In this document: positions 38,770 through 48,107 of the stretch, one piece after another
Position numbering within the stretch: the stretch's first letter is position 1
How the letters are laid out: each line of letters starts with the position of its first letter
From: a virus
Lineage: Duplodnaviria > Caudoviricetes
Length of the DNA: 64,000 nucleotides
Virus record (IMG/VR): IMGVR_UViG_3300021400_000468
Location: 36,469-100,468 of that record
Strand: one strand, 5' to 3'
Notes under the pieces: model-generated
Databases searched by the model: none
What the model was told of the DNA's origin: nothing
Seen by the model: the letters and a program-made list of their open reading frames with translations, nothing else
Made by a program: the position numbers and the translations under genes

Positions 38770-39613
38770 CTTGTTTCAGCCTTTCGCTCAATTCCTCGGC
38801 GGCTACCGCATCTGCCGTAGCTACACCATACAGATAAACCACACCCAGCAGACATTTTCCCCTGTGATGATCGAGCTGAATGAAATCATGCTCTCTCTGA
38901 TCGTAAGGAAATTCCTCATGGTAATGTGCCTTGATCTGGTCGGTATAATCGGTATAGCTCGGTCGGCAATACCTGAACGATTCATCAAGATAATACCCGC
39001 AGTCCAAAGCCACAATCAGCTTCGGCCCCCACAGCTTATCAGCACCAATGCTCTCGGCCTTATCGCAGGTGGATACACAGGTAACCACCACATCGCACTC
39101 ATTGAGGAGCTGCATGGTATCACTGGTATCAACAGATACATTGCGGCAGACGGACATAAAATCGCCCACGTTCTTCGCATAATTGCGAGGGGATCCGCGC
39201 ACGACAATATCCTCAACCCCAAACGCTTTCTGGATCGCTATGCAGTTGGCGAGGTTGGTTCTTCCGGTTCCGATAAAGCCGACCTTATGTACTTCACCAA
39301 CATTCATTAACCGAATAGCAAGAGCTGTCATGGCGCCGCAGCGATATCTGGTCAGACCGGCATCGAAAAAACGTAGAGTCTTATGACCGTCATGAATATC
39401 GATGATCTCACTGGTCTCTCCACTCTCATCATCGATGGAGATCACCTTTTCTACTAAATTGCCCTTGACGGTTTTTGCGGACATATAGGTATCGGTTTCA
39501 ACAGCAACGCCGGAATCGTTCCTACGGCTTACATTCACTGATTTGGGATCGCAAAGGGAATCTGCGGTTCCGATCTTTGCGCTCCAATATTCATTGACAA
39601 ACCTTGAAAGCAT
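38741..39613 (-). CDS. Ornithine cyclodeaminase/mu-crystallin-like protein
   Basis: DAGLTRYRCGA..ALA followed by Rossmann VGFIGTG; DVVVTC. Confidence 0.65.
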   Translation of the reverse strand: MLSRFVNEYWSAKIGTADSLCDPKSVNVSRRNDSGVAVETDTYMSAKTVKGNLVEKVISIDDESGETSEIIDIHDGHKTLRFFDAGLTRYRCGAMTALAIRLMNVGEVHKVGFIGTGRTNLANCIAIQKAFGVEDIVVRGSPRNYAKNVGDFMSVCRNVSVDTSDTMQLLNECDVVVTCVSTCDKAESIGADKLWGPKLIVALDCGYYLDESFRYCRPSYTDYTDQIKAHYHEEFPYDQREHDFIQLDHHRGKCLLGVVYLYGVATADAVAAEELSERLKQDGMENAFLA

Positions 39614-39616
39614 GAC

Positions 39617-40714
39617 TTACTTTCCTATCTTATCCAGAATCTCAGTCTGTATGGTTTTGGAGATATGCATCATCATAACAGGGGGAACCATCCTTCCCGC
39701 TCTTTCCCACTTCTGACGGAAATCGCCGGTCAGTTTGAAATCATCGGGAAGGGACGTAATCCTCTTCAGTTCTTCAATGGTGAACTTCCGATCCTCCAGC
39801 GGGTGCATGTTTCCAGCAGAACTTAACGCGCCGCTCGAAGCCAGAACAGTGGAGCACGGGCAATACATGGATTCTCTGGAAAGATTGAACCATGAGCCGT
39901 TCATAACACTGGATCCCTTAACCGGACGCGGAGGATTCTTCGGGAGCTTTTTCAAGATCTGGGCCAGCTTCGTGGACTTGATCCCCTCGCGAAGCATATC
40001 GGCTTCTTCACGGTTATAGCTTACACCTTCAAAGGCATCTTTCAGCGTATAGTAATACGGAAGCGGTTTCGGGAAAACCGGATCCATATTCAGATCATTT
40101 CTCACCCCTACAAAAATGACACGCTCACGAGCCTGTGGAACACCAAGCCACTTTGAATTAAGAAGCTGTGCCTTGGCACGATATCCGCAGTTCTTCATAT
40201 CATTCAGGAAGATCTTGAAATACCCGATTGCGGTTCCCTTCACAAGACCGCTTACATTCTCGGCAACGAAGCACTTGGGCTGAAGATCATTCAGGAGACG
40301 GATATACTCGTAAAACAGGGTTTCAATCTGTTGGACCTTCCCATCGGAATAGTCACGTTCCTTCCCCCAGCCCTTCTCTCTTTTACCGGCAGTAGAAAAC
40401 GCACAACAGGGCGGAGACCCATCAAACAGATCAAGCTCTCCCTGCTTCAGTCCGGTACGGTCGAATATATCCTGTGCCTTGACCTGACGAATATCTCTCG
40501 TATCCAGATAGGCATCCGGATGGTTCATGCGGTATGTTCTCTGAGCTTCTTCCACAAACTCATTGGCCCATACGACATGATATCCTGCCATGCGATAACC
40601 GAGGCAGGAACCACCACCGCCGCTGAAGGTCGAAACGACTTTATATCCATTCCACGGAATCGCTTCGATCTCCTCCATGCTCGGCACTTTATAGGGGGGC
40701 TTAGTTCCACTCAT
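39617..40714 (-). CDS. C5-cytosine DNA methyltransferase homologue, probable carboxymethyltransferase
   Basis: FSGGGG (I), GSPPC (IV), ENV (VI), QARER (VIII); motif X reads GRMVPP instead of GN(A/S)VP. Confidence 0.85.
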   Translation of the reverse strand: MSGTKPPYKVPSMEEIEAIPWNGYKVVSTFSGGGGSCLGYRMAGYHVVWANEFVEEAQRTYRMNHPDAYLDTRDIRQVKAQDIFDRTGLKQGELDLFDGSPPCCAFSTAGKREKGWGKERDYSDGKVQQIETLFYEYIRLLNDLQPKCFVAENVSGLVKGTAIGYFKIFLNDMKNCGYRAKAQLLNSKWLGVPQARERVIFVGVRNDLNMDPVFPKPLPYYYTLKDAFEGVSYNREEADMLREGIKSTKLAQILKKLPKNPPRPVKGSSVMNGSWFNLSRESMYCPCSTVLASSGALSSAGNMHPLEDRKFTIEELKRITSLPDDFKLTGDFRQKWERAGRMVPPVMMMHISKTIQTEILDKIGK

Positions 40715-41201
40715 ATCCACACTCCGGACAAATCCATTTTACTGCCATCTCTTCCGTGAACTCCTTGAACTCGGGCGGAACCTCATCCTCTTCAACCTCC
40801 GGGGGTTCCTCTTCCGGATCATAATCCGCAGAATCACCGTCAAGGGAAGAGAAATCAAGGTCAAATCCCTCGAAGTCAAGCCCTTCCCGGTCGGTTTCCA
40901 GAAGCTCATAATCCCACGGGCTTTCATTGGTCTTGTTATCAACGATCCGAAGCTCTCGGATTTCCTCTTCCGTCAGGTTATCGGCGACCACGCAGGGGAC
41001 TTCATTCATCCCCAAATACTTAGCGGCCTGAAAACGGCATTCACCGATGACGATCTCTCCATCAACAGTAATTACGATAGGCTGCCGGAACCCATACCTC
41101 TGAATGGAGTTGGCAACATTCTTAATCTGCCTGTTGTCATGTATCTTCGCGTTCTTGCTGTACCCATGCAAGAAGCTAATGGACTTCATCTCAATTTTCA
41201 T
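40701..41201 (-). CDS. ParB/sulfiredoxin-like protein with C-terminal CxxC
   Basis: NAKIH, SIQRYGFRQPIV, LRIVDNK, CPECG. Confidence 0.8.
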   Translation of the reverse strand: MKIEMKSISFLHGYSKNAKIHDNRQIKNVANSIQRYGFRQPIVITVDGEIVIGECRFQAAKYLGMNEVPCVVADNLTEEEIRELRIVDNKTNESPWDYELLETDREGLDFEGFDLDFSSLDGDSADYDPEEEPPEVEEDEVPPEFKEFTEEMAVKWICPECGYEWN

Positions 41202-41677
41202 TTGCCAAGCCTCCGCGCAATCGCTCCACACCGAGGGCATCTGCACACCTCTTCGGTTTTTTCTGCCGGTTCCTTCTTCTCCTTCGGCTGAACATCGCCC
41301 GGATCCTCAAACAGATCATCGAACATAGGCTCAAAACCGTCAAAACCAAGATCGCTGATATCATCCTTCAGGACTGCATAATCCCATGGACTTTCGTTCA
41401 GCTTATTGTCTACGATCCGAAGCTCCTGAATCTCCTCATCGGTAAGATCATCCGCATAGGTAACAGGAACGGTTTCAAGACCGAGGCGCTTTGCCGCAAG
41501 CAGTCGGCAATGACCGATGATTACGACGTTGTTTGCATCCACAACAAGAGGCTGACGCCAGCCAAAACGCTTAATGGAATTGGCTACGTTAGACACCTGC
41601 ATCTCACTATGGATCTTGGCGTTCATATCGTAAGGTATCAGATCGGACACCTTTACTTCCTTAACAACAATTGACAC
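41198..41677 (-). CDS. ParB/sulfiredoxin-like protein with C-terminal CxxC (paralogue)
   Basis: NAKIH, FGWRQPLVVD, GHCRLLAAK, LRIVDNK, CPRCG. Confidence 0.8.
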   Translation of the reverse strand: MSIVVKEVKVSDLIPYDMNAKIHSEMQVSNVANSIKRFGWRQPLVVDANNVVIIGHCRLLAAKRLGLETVPVTYADDLTDEEIQELRIVDNKLNESPWDYAVLKDDISDLGFDGFEPMFDDLFEDPGDVQPKEKKEPAEKTEEVCRCPRCGAIARRLGK

Positions 41678-41696
41678 GATTGACCTCCCCTGTCTT

Positions 41697-42509
41697 TCAG
41701 ACTGTCAGATATTTATAGGGGGTTATCAGCCCCCATTCCGCAAACTTCTCAAATCCACCGATCTTGTTGATGAACCCCCTCGCCAGCTCAACTATAAGCT
41801 GGTACTCTATTCCGTTCACGGTATCATCCCCAATAGCGCAACACAGCTCCACAGGCTTTCCGTCATGCTGGGCAAGGAGCCAAGCATATATGTTCACGCT
41901 CACATCGGCCTTGGAAAGATCCTTCCCATGAAGACCGCCTCCGGTAACGGAATCCCCCATATCACTCCCCAGCTTACGATTGGTGGCCCCGGTATCCACA
42001 TCCGTACCGCCAGTCCATTCACCCAGCGGATTGATAACGGCACCGGGGAACTTTGCGGTCAAATCTTCATTCGCTGCGTTGCTCTGGCAAATAATCAGCT
42101 TGTCATCCTTTTCGGACAGAATATACTTCCCGTCACTTTGATATGTTCTGTACAGCTCTTCCGCGATCCCGGTGAGCTTTCTCTGCTCTTCTGTAACCGG
42201 AACCCCTTTGAAAATGCCATTGTCTCCGCATCGGAATCCATGAGCCTGATTATCGGCAAGGTGGGCATCCTGCGGGACAATATCATATTCCACACAAATA
42301 GGACCGGCAATCCTGTGGATTATCTCTTCGGCCTCTCTCCACGAAATCCGAACCGAGGATTCCATGATAACATTGCAAAGGCCATGACCGATCAACACCT
42401 CAACGGCGATCTTCGGATCATGTTCCTTTTTATAGGCCAAATCGACAAGCGCTCCCGCTATGCGATCCGCAATCTTATCCGGATGGGCGGGATTCACCTT
42501 CTCAAACAC
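41697..42509 (-). CDS. metK: S-adenosylmethionine synthetase-like protein (short phage form)
   Basis: HPDKIADRIA, GDNG, GG...DTGATNRK, GGGLHGKDLSKAD. Confidence 0.8.
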   Translation of the reverse strand: MFEKVNPAHPDKIADRIAGALVDLAYKKEHDPKIAVEVLIGHGLCNVIMESSVRISWREAEEIIHRIAGPICVEYDIVPQDAHLADNQAHGFRCGDNGIFKGVPVTEEQRKLTGIAEELYRTYQSDGKYILSEKDDKLIICQSNAANEDLTAKFPGAVINPLGEWTGGTDVDTGATNRKLGSDMGDSVTGGGLHGKDLSKADVSVNIYAWLLAQHDGKPVELCCAIGDDTVNGIEYQLIVELARGFINKIGGFEKFAEWGLITPYKYLTV

Positions 42510-42705
42510 GCTGTATCACCCTTTCTTTTTTTCATTAGGGGCTTCTCAGACGTCCGAGAACGGCTCTGAAATCTCATTTGCTGCTTCACCAATACATCTT
42601 ACATGGTAAAAGTGCTAATGGCTCCAGAAAATACTGTTCAGACCTCCGAAAAACAAAAACGGACGATCCCTCATCGCCCGCTCGGTTCATCCAAATTTGA
42701 CAGCG

Positions 42706-42737
42706 TAACTATACCACACGATAACATGTATGTGCAA
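42706..42737 (-). promoter_or_regulatory. Candidate late promoter upstream of the modification/packaging operon
   Basis: TTGCAC-N18-TATAGT with TG extension, in an intergenic gap. Confidence 0.35.
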
Positions 42738-42841
42738 GTGAAAAAATAGTGAGACTTTATGAAGCAAAAGTGATAATCACTCATGAAAAATCCCCCGGAT
42801 CCCAATCAAAACAAGGAATCCAGGGGTGTTGATCATACGGT

Positions 42842-43516
42842 TCAAACGGCATCCCTCAAAACCGATTTGGTGGTGAACTGTTTTCCATCCTGATATCCGT
42901 CCAGATAATCAGTCTTGGAAATCTCATCCACGGCCCTACTTTCAAACTCCTGATGGGCCATATCGGAAACAGATTTCTTGACCTCGTTCGGGGTCTTCAG
43001 CACAAGGCCCCATTCCTGTTTCTGACCATTCTGCCGTTCAATAGCTTCCTGAAGACCAATGGTGAACCCATATCCGTAGCTGTTCTTAACCTGACGGATA
43101 TAACTGGCTGACGCTCCGATCCCATCAAGCTCTGCGGCAAGCCTTTTGTTCCGATCCTCTATACACCTTACAGCATAGGCAAAGAGTTCGTTACACAGGG
43201 AAACATCTTCCTCGAAGCCGATAATGCCAATCGTATACGTTTTCGATCTTTCCGCTCTTGAGACCATGGGAAGGCACCGATACGCGGAGGAAATAACTCC
43301 CATCAACGGAACCATCCACGGGTTGGTCTGTTTCGTGCAGGTGAACGTCGTTCTGAACCGAATGATGTTCTGCTTATCTTCTCCGAGGCATTCCGCTTCA
43401 GACAGTTTATGCTCGGCCATCAGTTCCCGGGCCTTAAGCATCGCGGCCTGAGCCTCTCCCTCATTCGGGCTTTCCGCCAGCGCAAGGAGCTTTCTGATCT
43501 TTGCTCGATAATCCAT
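42842..43516 (-). CDS. DUF2786-domain protein
   Basis: KIRKLLALAESPNEGEA.AA..KA.ELM. Confidence 0.75.
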   Translation of the reverse strand: MDYRAKIRKLLALAESPNEGEAQAAMLKARELMAEHKLSEAECLGEDKQNIIRFRTTFTCTKQTNPWMVPLMGVISSAYRCLPMVSRAERSKTYTIGIIGFEEDVSLCNELFAYAVRCIEDRNKRLAAELDGIGASASYIRQVKNSYGYGFTIGLQEAIERQNGQKQEWGLVLKTPNEVKKSVSDMAHQEFESRAVDEISKTDYLDGYQDGKQFTTKSVLRDAV

Positions 43517-43564
43517 AAATACCTCCTGTCTTCGTGCTTTAGCTTGTCTCTTCCTTACGTAAGT

Positions 43565-43593
43565 ATTATATCATATATCTCGACAATTGTCAA
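43565..43593 (-). promoter_or_regulatory. sigmaA consensus promoter
   Basis: TTGACA-attgtcgagatatatga-TATAAT. Confidence 0.8.
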
Positions 43594-43664
43594 TACAGTT
43601 TGATAAAATTGTTTGACAATTGTACTCTGCCGACTCCGGATCAGAACGCCACAGTACTTACACT

Positions 43665-44204
43665 TTATCCCTTCTTCTCGTCGGATTGTCTGATCCGCTT
43701 TGCGGTGGTCTTAATACTGGTTAGCCGACTCAAAATCCTAGCACGATCCACACCAAGCGAATCAGCACATCCGCGCACAGACCATCCATCCCTGTAAATC
43801 AGATTCACGATGGTTTTATCTTCATCATTCAACAGGGACATAAACTCTTCGCACCAGCTTTCCAGTTCTTCCGGAGAATCAGGAAGAGGAACATTCTTAT
43901 TCATGGCTCCCCAAAAACCAACCATCCAGTTTTCTGGTTTTTTCTGACGGAATCCATACCGCTGTCTGCGCTTCTCAAACTCTTCCATATCACCGCCGAC
44001 ATTACGAAGAACGGCATAACAGTTTACACACAGACCATTTGCATAATACCGGCCTCCGCAATACTGACACTTCCGGATTTTCCGCAGCTCATCCCTCACG
44101 GAAATCATCTCATGAATCCGATCTTCATAAGCCCGGACCACACCATCCAGCCTTATCTGGAACTCTCTTTCTTCGTCGCTGATTCTGACCTGCTTTGTTC
44201 TCAT
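43665..44204 (-). CDS. Protein with Zn-finger-like Cys pairs and sigma-70 region-4-like HTH
   Basis: CQYCG/CVNC; L..EDKTIV.L.Y.DGWS....A..LGV. Confidence 0.6.
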   Translation of the reverse strand: MRTKQVRISDEEREFQIRLDGVVRAYEDRIHEMISVRDELRKIRKCQYCGGRYYANGLCVNCYAVLRNVGGDMEEFEKRRQRYGFRQKKPENWMVGFWGAMNKNVPLPDSPEELESWCEEFMSLLNDEDKTIVNLIYRDGWSVRGCADSLGVDRARILSRLTSIKTTAKRIRQSDEKKG

Positions 44205-44299
44205 TACTATCCTCCGTCCGACAGATTTCCGTCTTTACACCTTAATTTCGCATCGGAAACCTATGAGATAAAATATACGGGGCAATCCCCTGCGCCATT

Positions 44300-44328
44300 A
44301 TTATACCACACAGCCGGACATTTGTCAA
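44300..44328 (-). promoter_or_regulatory. sigmaA consensus promoter
   Basis: TTGACA-aatgtccggctgtgtgg-TATAAT. Confidence 0.75.
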
Positions 44329-44666
44329 CCTATCTGGCAATGAACGCGGAATCCATCCGGGGAAATCGACTGAAACCCAATCGAATCCACAAAGAACGCC
44401 TCTTCACCGACAACGATCACATCCGACACGGACATGCTGGTACCGGTATAATCTTCAGGCTTATCTCCCACATTCAGCACAAAAAACATCTCATCCAGAA
44501 AGGAGAACTCATTTTCATAAGCAGAAGGATCATACTCACCTTCCCACACCTTCTGATAGATAGAGGGATCCACTTTACCGGCCCATTCAATAGTCCGTTC
44601 ATAGTTTTCAAAGTGAACGCGCTCCACATCCTTTTCGTGATCGATCTGATATACTGCAAACTTCAT
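44325..44666 (-). CDS. YodL-domain protein
   Basis: YQI, Y..VWEG, PEDY.G.SMSVSDVIV, FFVDSIGF. Confidence 0.8.
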   Translation of the reverse strand: MKFAVYQIDHEKDVERVHFENYERTIEWAGKVDPSIYQKVWEGEYDPSAYENEFSFLDEMFFVLNVGDKPEDYTGTSMSVSDVIVVGEEAFFVDSIGFQSISPDGFRVHCQIG

Positions 44667-44684
44667 TCTATATCCCTTCCCCTC

Positions 44685-45299
44685 TCAAAGGATCTTGATT
44701 TCCTTGTTCCGTGCCCGGATATAGTACCCGGCTTCGTGATCTCCATCCCAATCGTGATAAGGCTCATGAATTACATATCCGATCACGTCACCGAACGTCA
44801 CGGTCTTCAGCCCTTTATACCTTCTGGCAATCTTAACCAGCAAATCGCTGCTTCTCCATGAAAGGAACTGTCTGTTTCTCTGGTCCTCATAATACTTCCG
44901 GATCGACCGCTCCTGTTTTTTTACAAGCAGTTTCTCAGCTTCTTCCTTGGTTACAAACCAAGTATCGCTGAGGCATACCCATTCGGTTTCTTCCAAAACG
45001 GTAAACGCAGAATCGGGATAGCATTCCGTGTAATCACAGGGTTTTTTGTCATTCCGGATACAGGGCATCTCGGAAACACGAAAAGCAATTCGCTCGTAAT
45101 AATAATCCGAAAGTTTACCGTCGGAAAAGGAACACCGCTTCTCTACCGCAACGCGGACAACAGACCTATCATTCCGGAGATCAACCTTCCCAATCTCTCT
45201 GCCATAGGTCCGGATGGTCTGCACATCAATGGTGTACCCCTTAACCAGATACTCCGCAACCTTCTGGGAGAACAGTCTTTCGATTTCTGAAAACTTCAT
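44685..45299 (-). CDS. Hypothetical protein
   Basis: 204-aa ORF with RBS. Confidence 0.65.
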   Translation of the reverse strand: MKFSEIERLFSQKVAEYLVKGYTIDVQTIRTYGREIGKVDLRNDRSVVRVAVEKRCSFSDGKLSDYYYERIAFRVSEMPCIRNDKKPCDYTECYPDSAFTVLEETEWVCLSDTWFVTKEEAEKLLVKKQERSIRKYYEDQRNRQFLSWRSSDLLVKIARRYKGLKTVTFGDVIGYVIHEPYHDWDGDHEAGYYIRARNKEIKIL

Positions 45300-45320
45300 A
45301 TATGCTTTCTCCTCTCTTGG

Positions 45321-45587
45321 TCAATGATCCTTAAGAATCATCTCGACCTCTTCAACCTCACCACGGATGAAGTACACATCAAGAAACTCAAGCAATTCAA
45401 TCAGACTCATGTCCTCATCTTCGTGAATGATCAGTTTTTCTCCGGAAGGGGAAACGATACCAAGCACCTCATCTCCCTTAAAGAAGGAATCCCCACAATA
45501 ATCACAGTCTCGGACATAATTCTCGTTTCCTTCACCATCCATATCAACGCCAAGCATCTCGTAACGATCATAGTCAACTCTAGGCAT
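45321..45587 (-). CDS. Hypothetical protein (CxxC)
   Basis: ORF tiling the operon. Confidence 0.55.
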   Translation of the reverse strand: MPRVDYDRYEMLGVDMDGEGNENYVRDCDYCGDSFFKGDEVLGIVSPSGEKLIIHEDEDMSLIELLEFLDVYFIRGEVEEVEMILKDH

Positions 45588-45601
45588 CACGCTTCCCCCT
45601 T

Positions 45602-46036
45602 TCAATACCCGAAGCAATACTCTTCATCGTCTTCGTCTTCGCTTTCCTCAACGAACTTAAACGGACCATCGCAATCATAAATCGAACCAACCTTTTCATG
45701 ACCGTTCATCTCATCGAGATATTCTTCAACAAGAAGCAGATCGGCAAGGTCGACAAGAAGGTCCTCATACTCTTCATCATTCATGCAATCAAATACTCTG
45801 GTGAGCACATCACCGAAAGGCGTGTGGGCCAGAAGCCAGTTGGCATAGCTGCTCAGGTCATTGCACCAGCCGCTCATCATTCCGGTGTTGTCAAACACAT
45901 CGCCATCATTATACCACTTATACACCAGCTTGCACACGGCAGTCACGATCTGGGAAGCCATCGTCTCACCCTCACCACAATCCGGAAGATACTTATCGGT
46001 CAGACTGTCAAACTTGTCGAAATAACTCCATTCCAT
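45602..46036 (-). CDS. Hypothetical acidic protein
   Basis: 144-aa ORF downstream of the promoter at 46101. Confidence 0.65.
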   Translation of the reverse strand: MEWSYFDKFDSLTDKYLPDCGEGETMASQIVTAVCKLVYKWYNDGDVFDNTGMMSGWCNDLSSYANWLLAHTPFGDVLTRVFDCMNDEEYEDLLVDLADLLLVEEYLDEMNGHEKVGSIYDCDGPFKFVEESEDEDDEEYCFGY

Positions 46037-46100
46037 ATCTTGTCCTTGCCTTTCTGCCCCTTGGGGGCCTCATCAAACTCACTCTCGACCTCACGATTAT

Positions 46101-46129
46101 ATTATATCACATTGCACGACGTTTGTCAA
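46101..46129 (-). promoter_or_regulatory. sigmaA consensus promoter
   Basis: TTGACA-aacgtcgtgcaatgtga-TATAAT. Confidence 0.8.
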
Positions 46130-46182
46130 TATAAAAGTCTAATTTTATGAAAATATTTTTCTTTTCGGAAAGTTCGGGTCAA

Positions 46183-46599
46183 TTAAATGGCCTCTTTTTC
46201 ATACCACCCATACAAAGGACGAGAGCCGCTATCCCACGTGTCATAATACTTCCCATCAACCACACAAACCACATGATGAGCCACCTTGAGAATAAACGTT
46301 CCTGTCGGATGATCTTTGGCAAACTCATCAACCGTAGGACGGCTCTTCCCGCTTCTTACAGATACCCCATGATAGCTGAACCCAAGTTCTGCAAGAATCT
46401 GATGGCGAACATTGGTGTCCACATCAAAGATGTTATTACACTGATATTTGAGACAATACGGGATCTCCATCTTAAATGCTTCAACCCAGCTCACATTGAA
46501 CGCCTTGGCAAGCGCTCTAATCTGACAATCTCCATAATTGTCCTTAAGATCCATCTGATTCGGCTGAAAATACACGAACCGTTTTGACTGTCTTGCCAT
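46183..46599 (-). CDS. Conserved phage protein with possible Cys-His-Asp triad
   Basis: GDCQIRAL...HHVVCVVDGKYYDTWDS. Confidence 0.6.
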   Translation of the reverse strand: MARQSKRFVYFQPNQMDLKDNYGDCQIRALAKAFNVSWVEAFKMEIPYCLKYQCNNIFDVDTNVRHQILAELGFSYHGVSVRSGKSRPTVDEFAKDHPTGTFILKVAHHVVCVVDGKYYDTWDSGSRPLYGWYEKEAI

Positions 46600-46647
46600 A
46601 TGATCTCCTTCCTTCCCAGCAGAGATTCTCACTTACAGCCACCTTGC

Positions 46648-46890
46648 TTACACGTTCCAATATTTATTATAGGCAAGCTCCGCTTCACTCCAGTACAAGA
46701 GGTTCCGGAAAGTGCTATACGGAACATACCATATGGTAGCAGGTTTACGGCATCTGGGTTCATAGACCTCAACTTCAAGCCGCACAAACTCATAGCCGCT
46801 GCTCTCCACACGAACGGTGAACCGCCAATTCTCTTTCATGATTCCTTCTTCAATAAGGGCCTCGCGAACGATCTCTTCAACTCTTGTCAT
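46648..46890 (-). CDS. Hypothetical protein
   Basis: ORF downstream of the promoter at 46959. Confidence 0.55.
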   Translation of the reverse strand: MTRVEEIVREALIEEGIMKENWRFTVRVESSGYEFVRLEVEVYEPRCRKPATIWYVPYSTFRNLLYWSEAELAYNKYWNV

Positions 46891-46958
46891 CTCAATGCCC
46901 CTTTCACTAATCCACACGATGATCTCTCGATCAAGCACTTCCCTGCCCCAGCATAATT

Positions 46959-46987
46959 ATTATATCACATTTCTCGACGTTTGTCAA
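46959..46987 (-). promoter_or_regulatory. sigmaA consensus promoter
   Basis: TTGACA-aacgtcgagaaatgtga-TATAAT. Confidence 0.8.
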
Positions 46988-47079
46988 TATAGTATACAAA
47001 AATAATGAAAACAATTTTCTCATCAGAAAGCAAAAGGACTGTTCTCTTGCAAACAGCCCTTTTATGTGTACTATGTAAT

Positions 47080-47577
47080 TCACCAAAAACGAAGCTCTGG
47101 GGAAGACGCACAAATGCGGAGGATACTGTCCAGCGCATCACCGTGGATGGTCTGGACATATCTCCGGCATGAATCCACATTATACCTTGTTACGGAAACA
47201 CCTTTATCCGCATATATTCGGCGGGCAATCTCATTCCAATCTTTTCCATCTTCATAACGAAGATTGATCACCTTCTTCTCAATAGGGCGCTTCATCTTGC
47301 TCTCAATCCGGTTTATGATTATCCCCAGCTCCCGGAATTCTTTTTGCATTTCAGAAATATCGGTTTCGATCATCTCCATCTTGGCAACCTTATTGCCGAT
47401 CTTATCTCCAGCCACCGATTTGGCTTTTGGCATATCGGACAGCTCAGGAGAACCGATACTTTCAAGCCTCAGTTCCTCCAGCCTCTCCATCTGATCCGCA
47501 ATGCTCTGAGACAGAAACATATACCGACGCAACGCTTCTTTAAGAAGCAACCGTTCTTGCTTACGGATATCGCTCAC
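47080..47577 (-). CDS. ArpU/RinA-like late transcriptional regulator
   Basis: L.RY, SP.LSDMPK, VINLRY.DG..W.EIA. Confidence 0.7.
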   Translation of the reverse strand: MSDIRKQERLLLKEALRRYMFLSQSIADQMERLEELRLESIGSPELSDMPKAKSVAGDKIGNKVAKMEMIETDISEMQKEFRELGIIINRIESKMKRPIEKKVINLRYEDGKDWNEIARRIYADKGVSVTRYNVDSCRRYVQTIHGDALDSILRICASSPELRFW

Positions 47578-47587
47578 GATGCACCTC

Positions 47588-48091
47588 TCAGTCAGTTAAT
47601 ACGGCGGGATCCATCTGATTCTCATATACTGTTACGCCCACAGCAATGGCTTGCCATACATCGGCTGCAACACCATAAAAGGTGTCTGGGTTCTTCTTGG
47701 TTCCTCTGCCGGTCTTGAAATCATGAACGGCATACCGGTCAATCAGAGCTGTTCGAATATTGCTGTCCTTGGCTTTCATACTATGGCAAAGGCACATCTT
47801 CTCCTGTGAGCGATAAACCAAAATCGGTTCGACACCGTTCATCTTCATCTCCTGCCAAAATCGACCAATCCACACACAGGTGTCAAAAACGGACTTTCCA
47901 ACAGCCATCCCATATGAAGCGATCATTTCAATCGCCGCGTGATCGACGGCTTTTGAAAGAGCGGTAAGCCGCTCTATCAAATCATTGTTATCGATTTTCC
48001 CAAACTCATATAGTTTGAAATCTGGAAGTTCCATAACCGCATAGGCGGACAGAATATTACCAGGGTCCACAGCCAATATTTTCATCTTCAT
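47588..48091 (-). CDS. RuvC-like Holliday junction resolvase
   Basis: KILAVDPG, AIE, D.WQAIAV. Confidence 0.7.
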   Translation of the reverse strand: MKMKILAVDPGNILSAYAVMELPDFKLYEFGKIDNNDLIERLTALSKAVDHAAIEMIASYGMAVGKSVFDTCVWIGRFWQEMKMNGVEPILVYRSQEKMCLCHSMKAKDSNIRTALIDRYAVHDFKTGRGTKKNPDTFYGVAADVWQAIAVGVTVYENQMDPAVLTD

Positions 48092-48107
48092 TCCCTCGCA
48101 AGCATTC

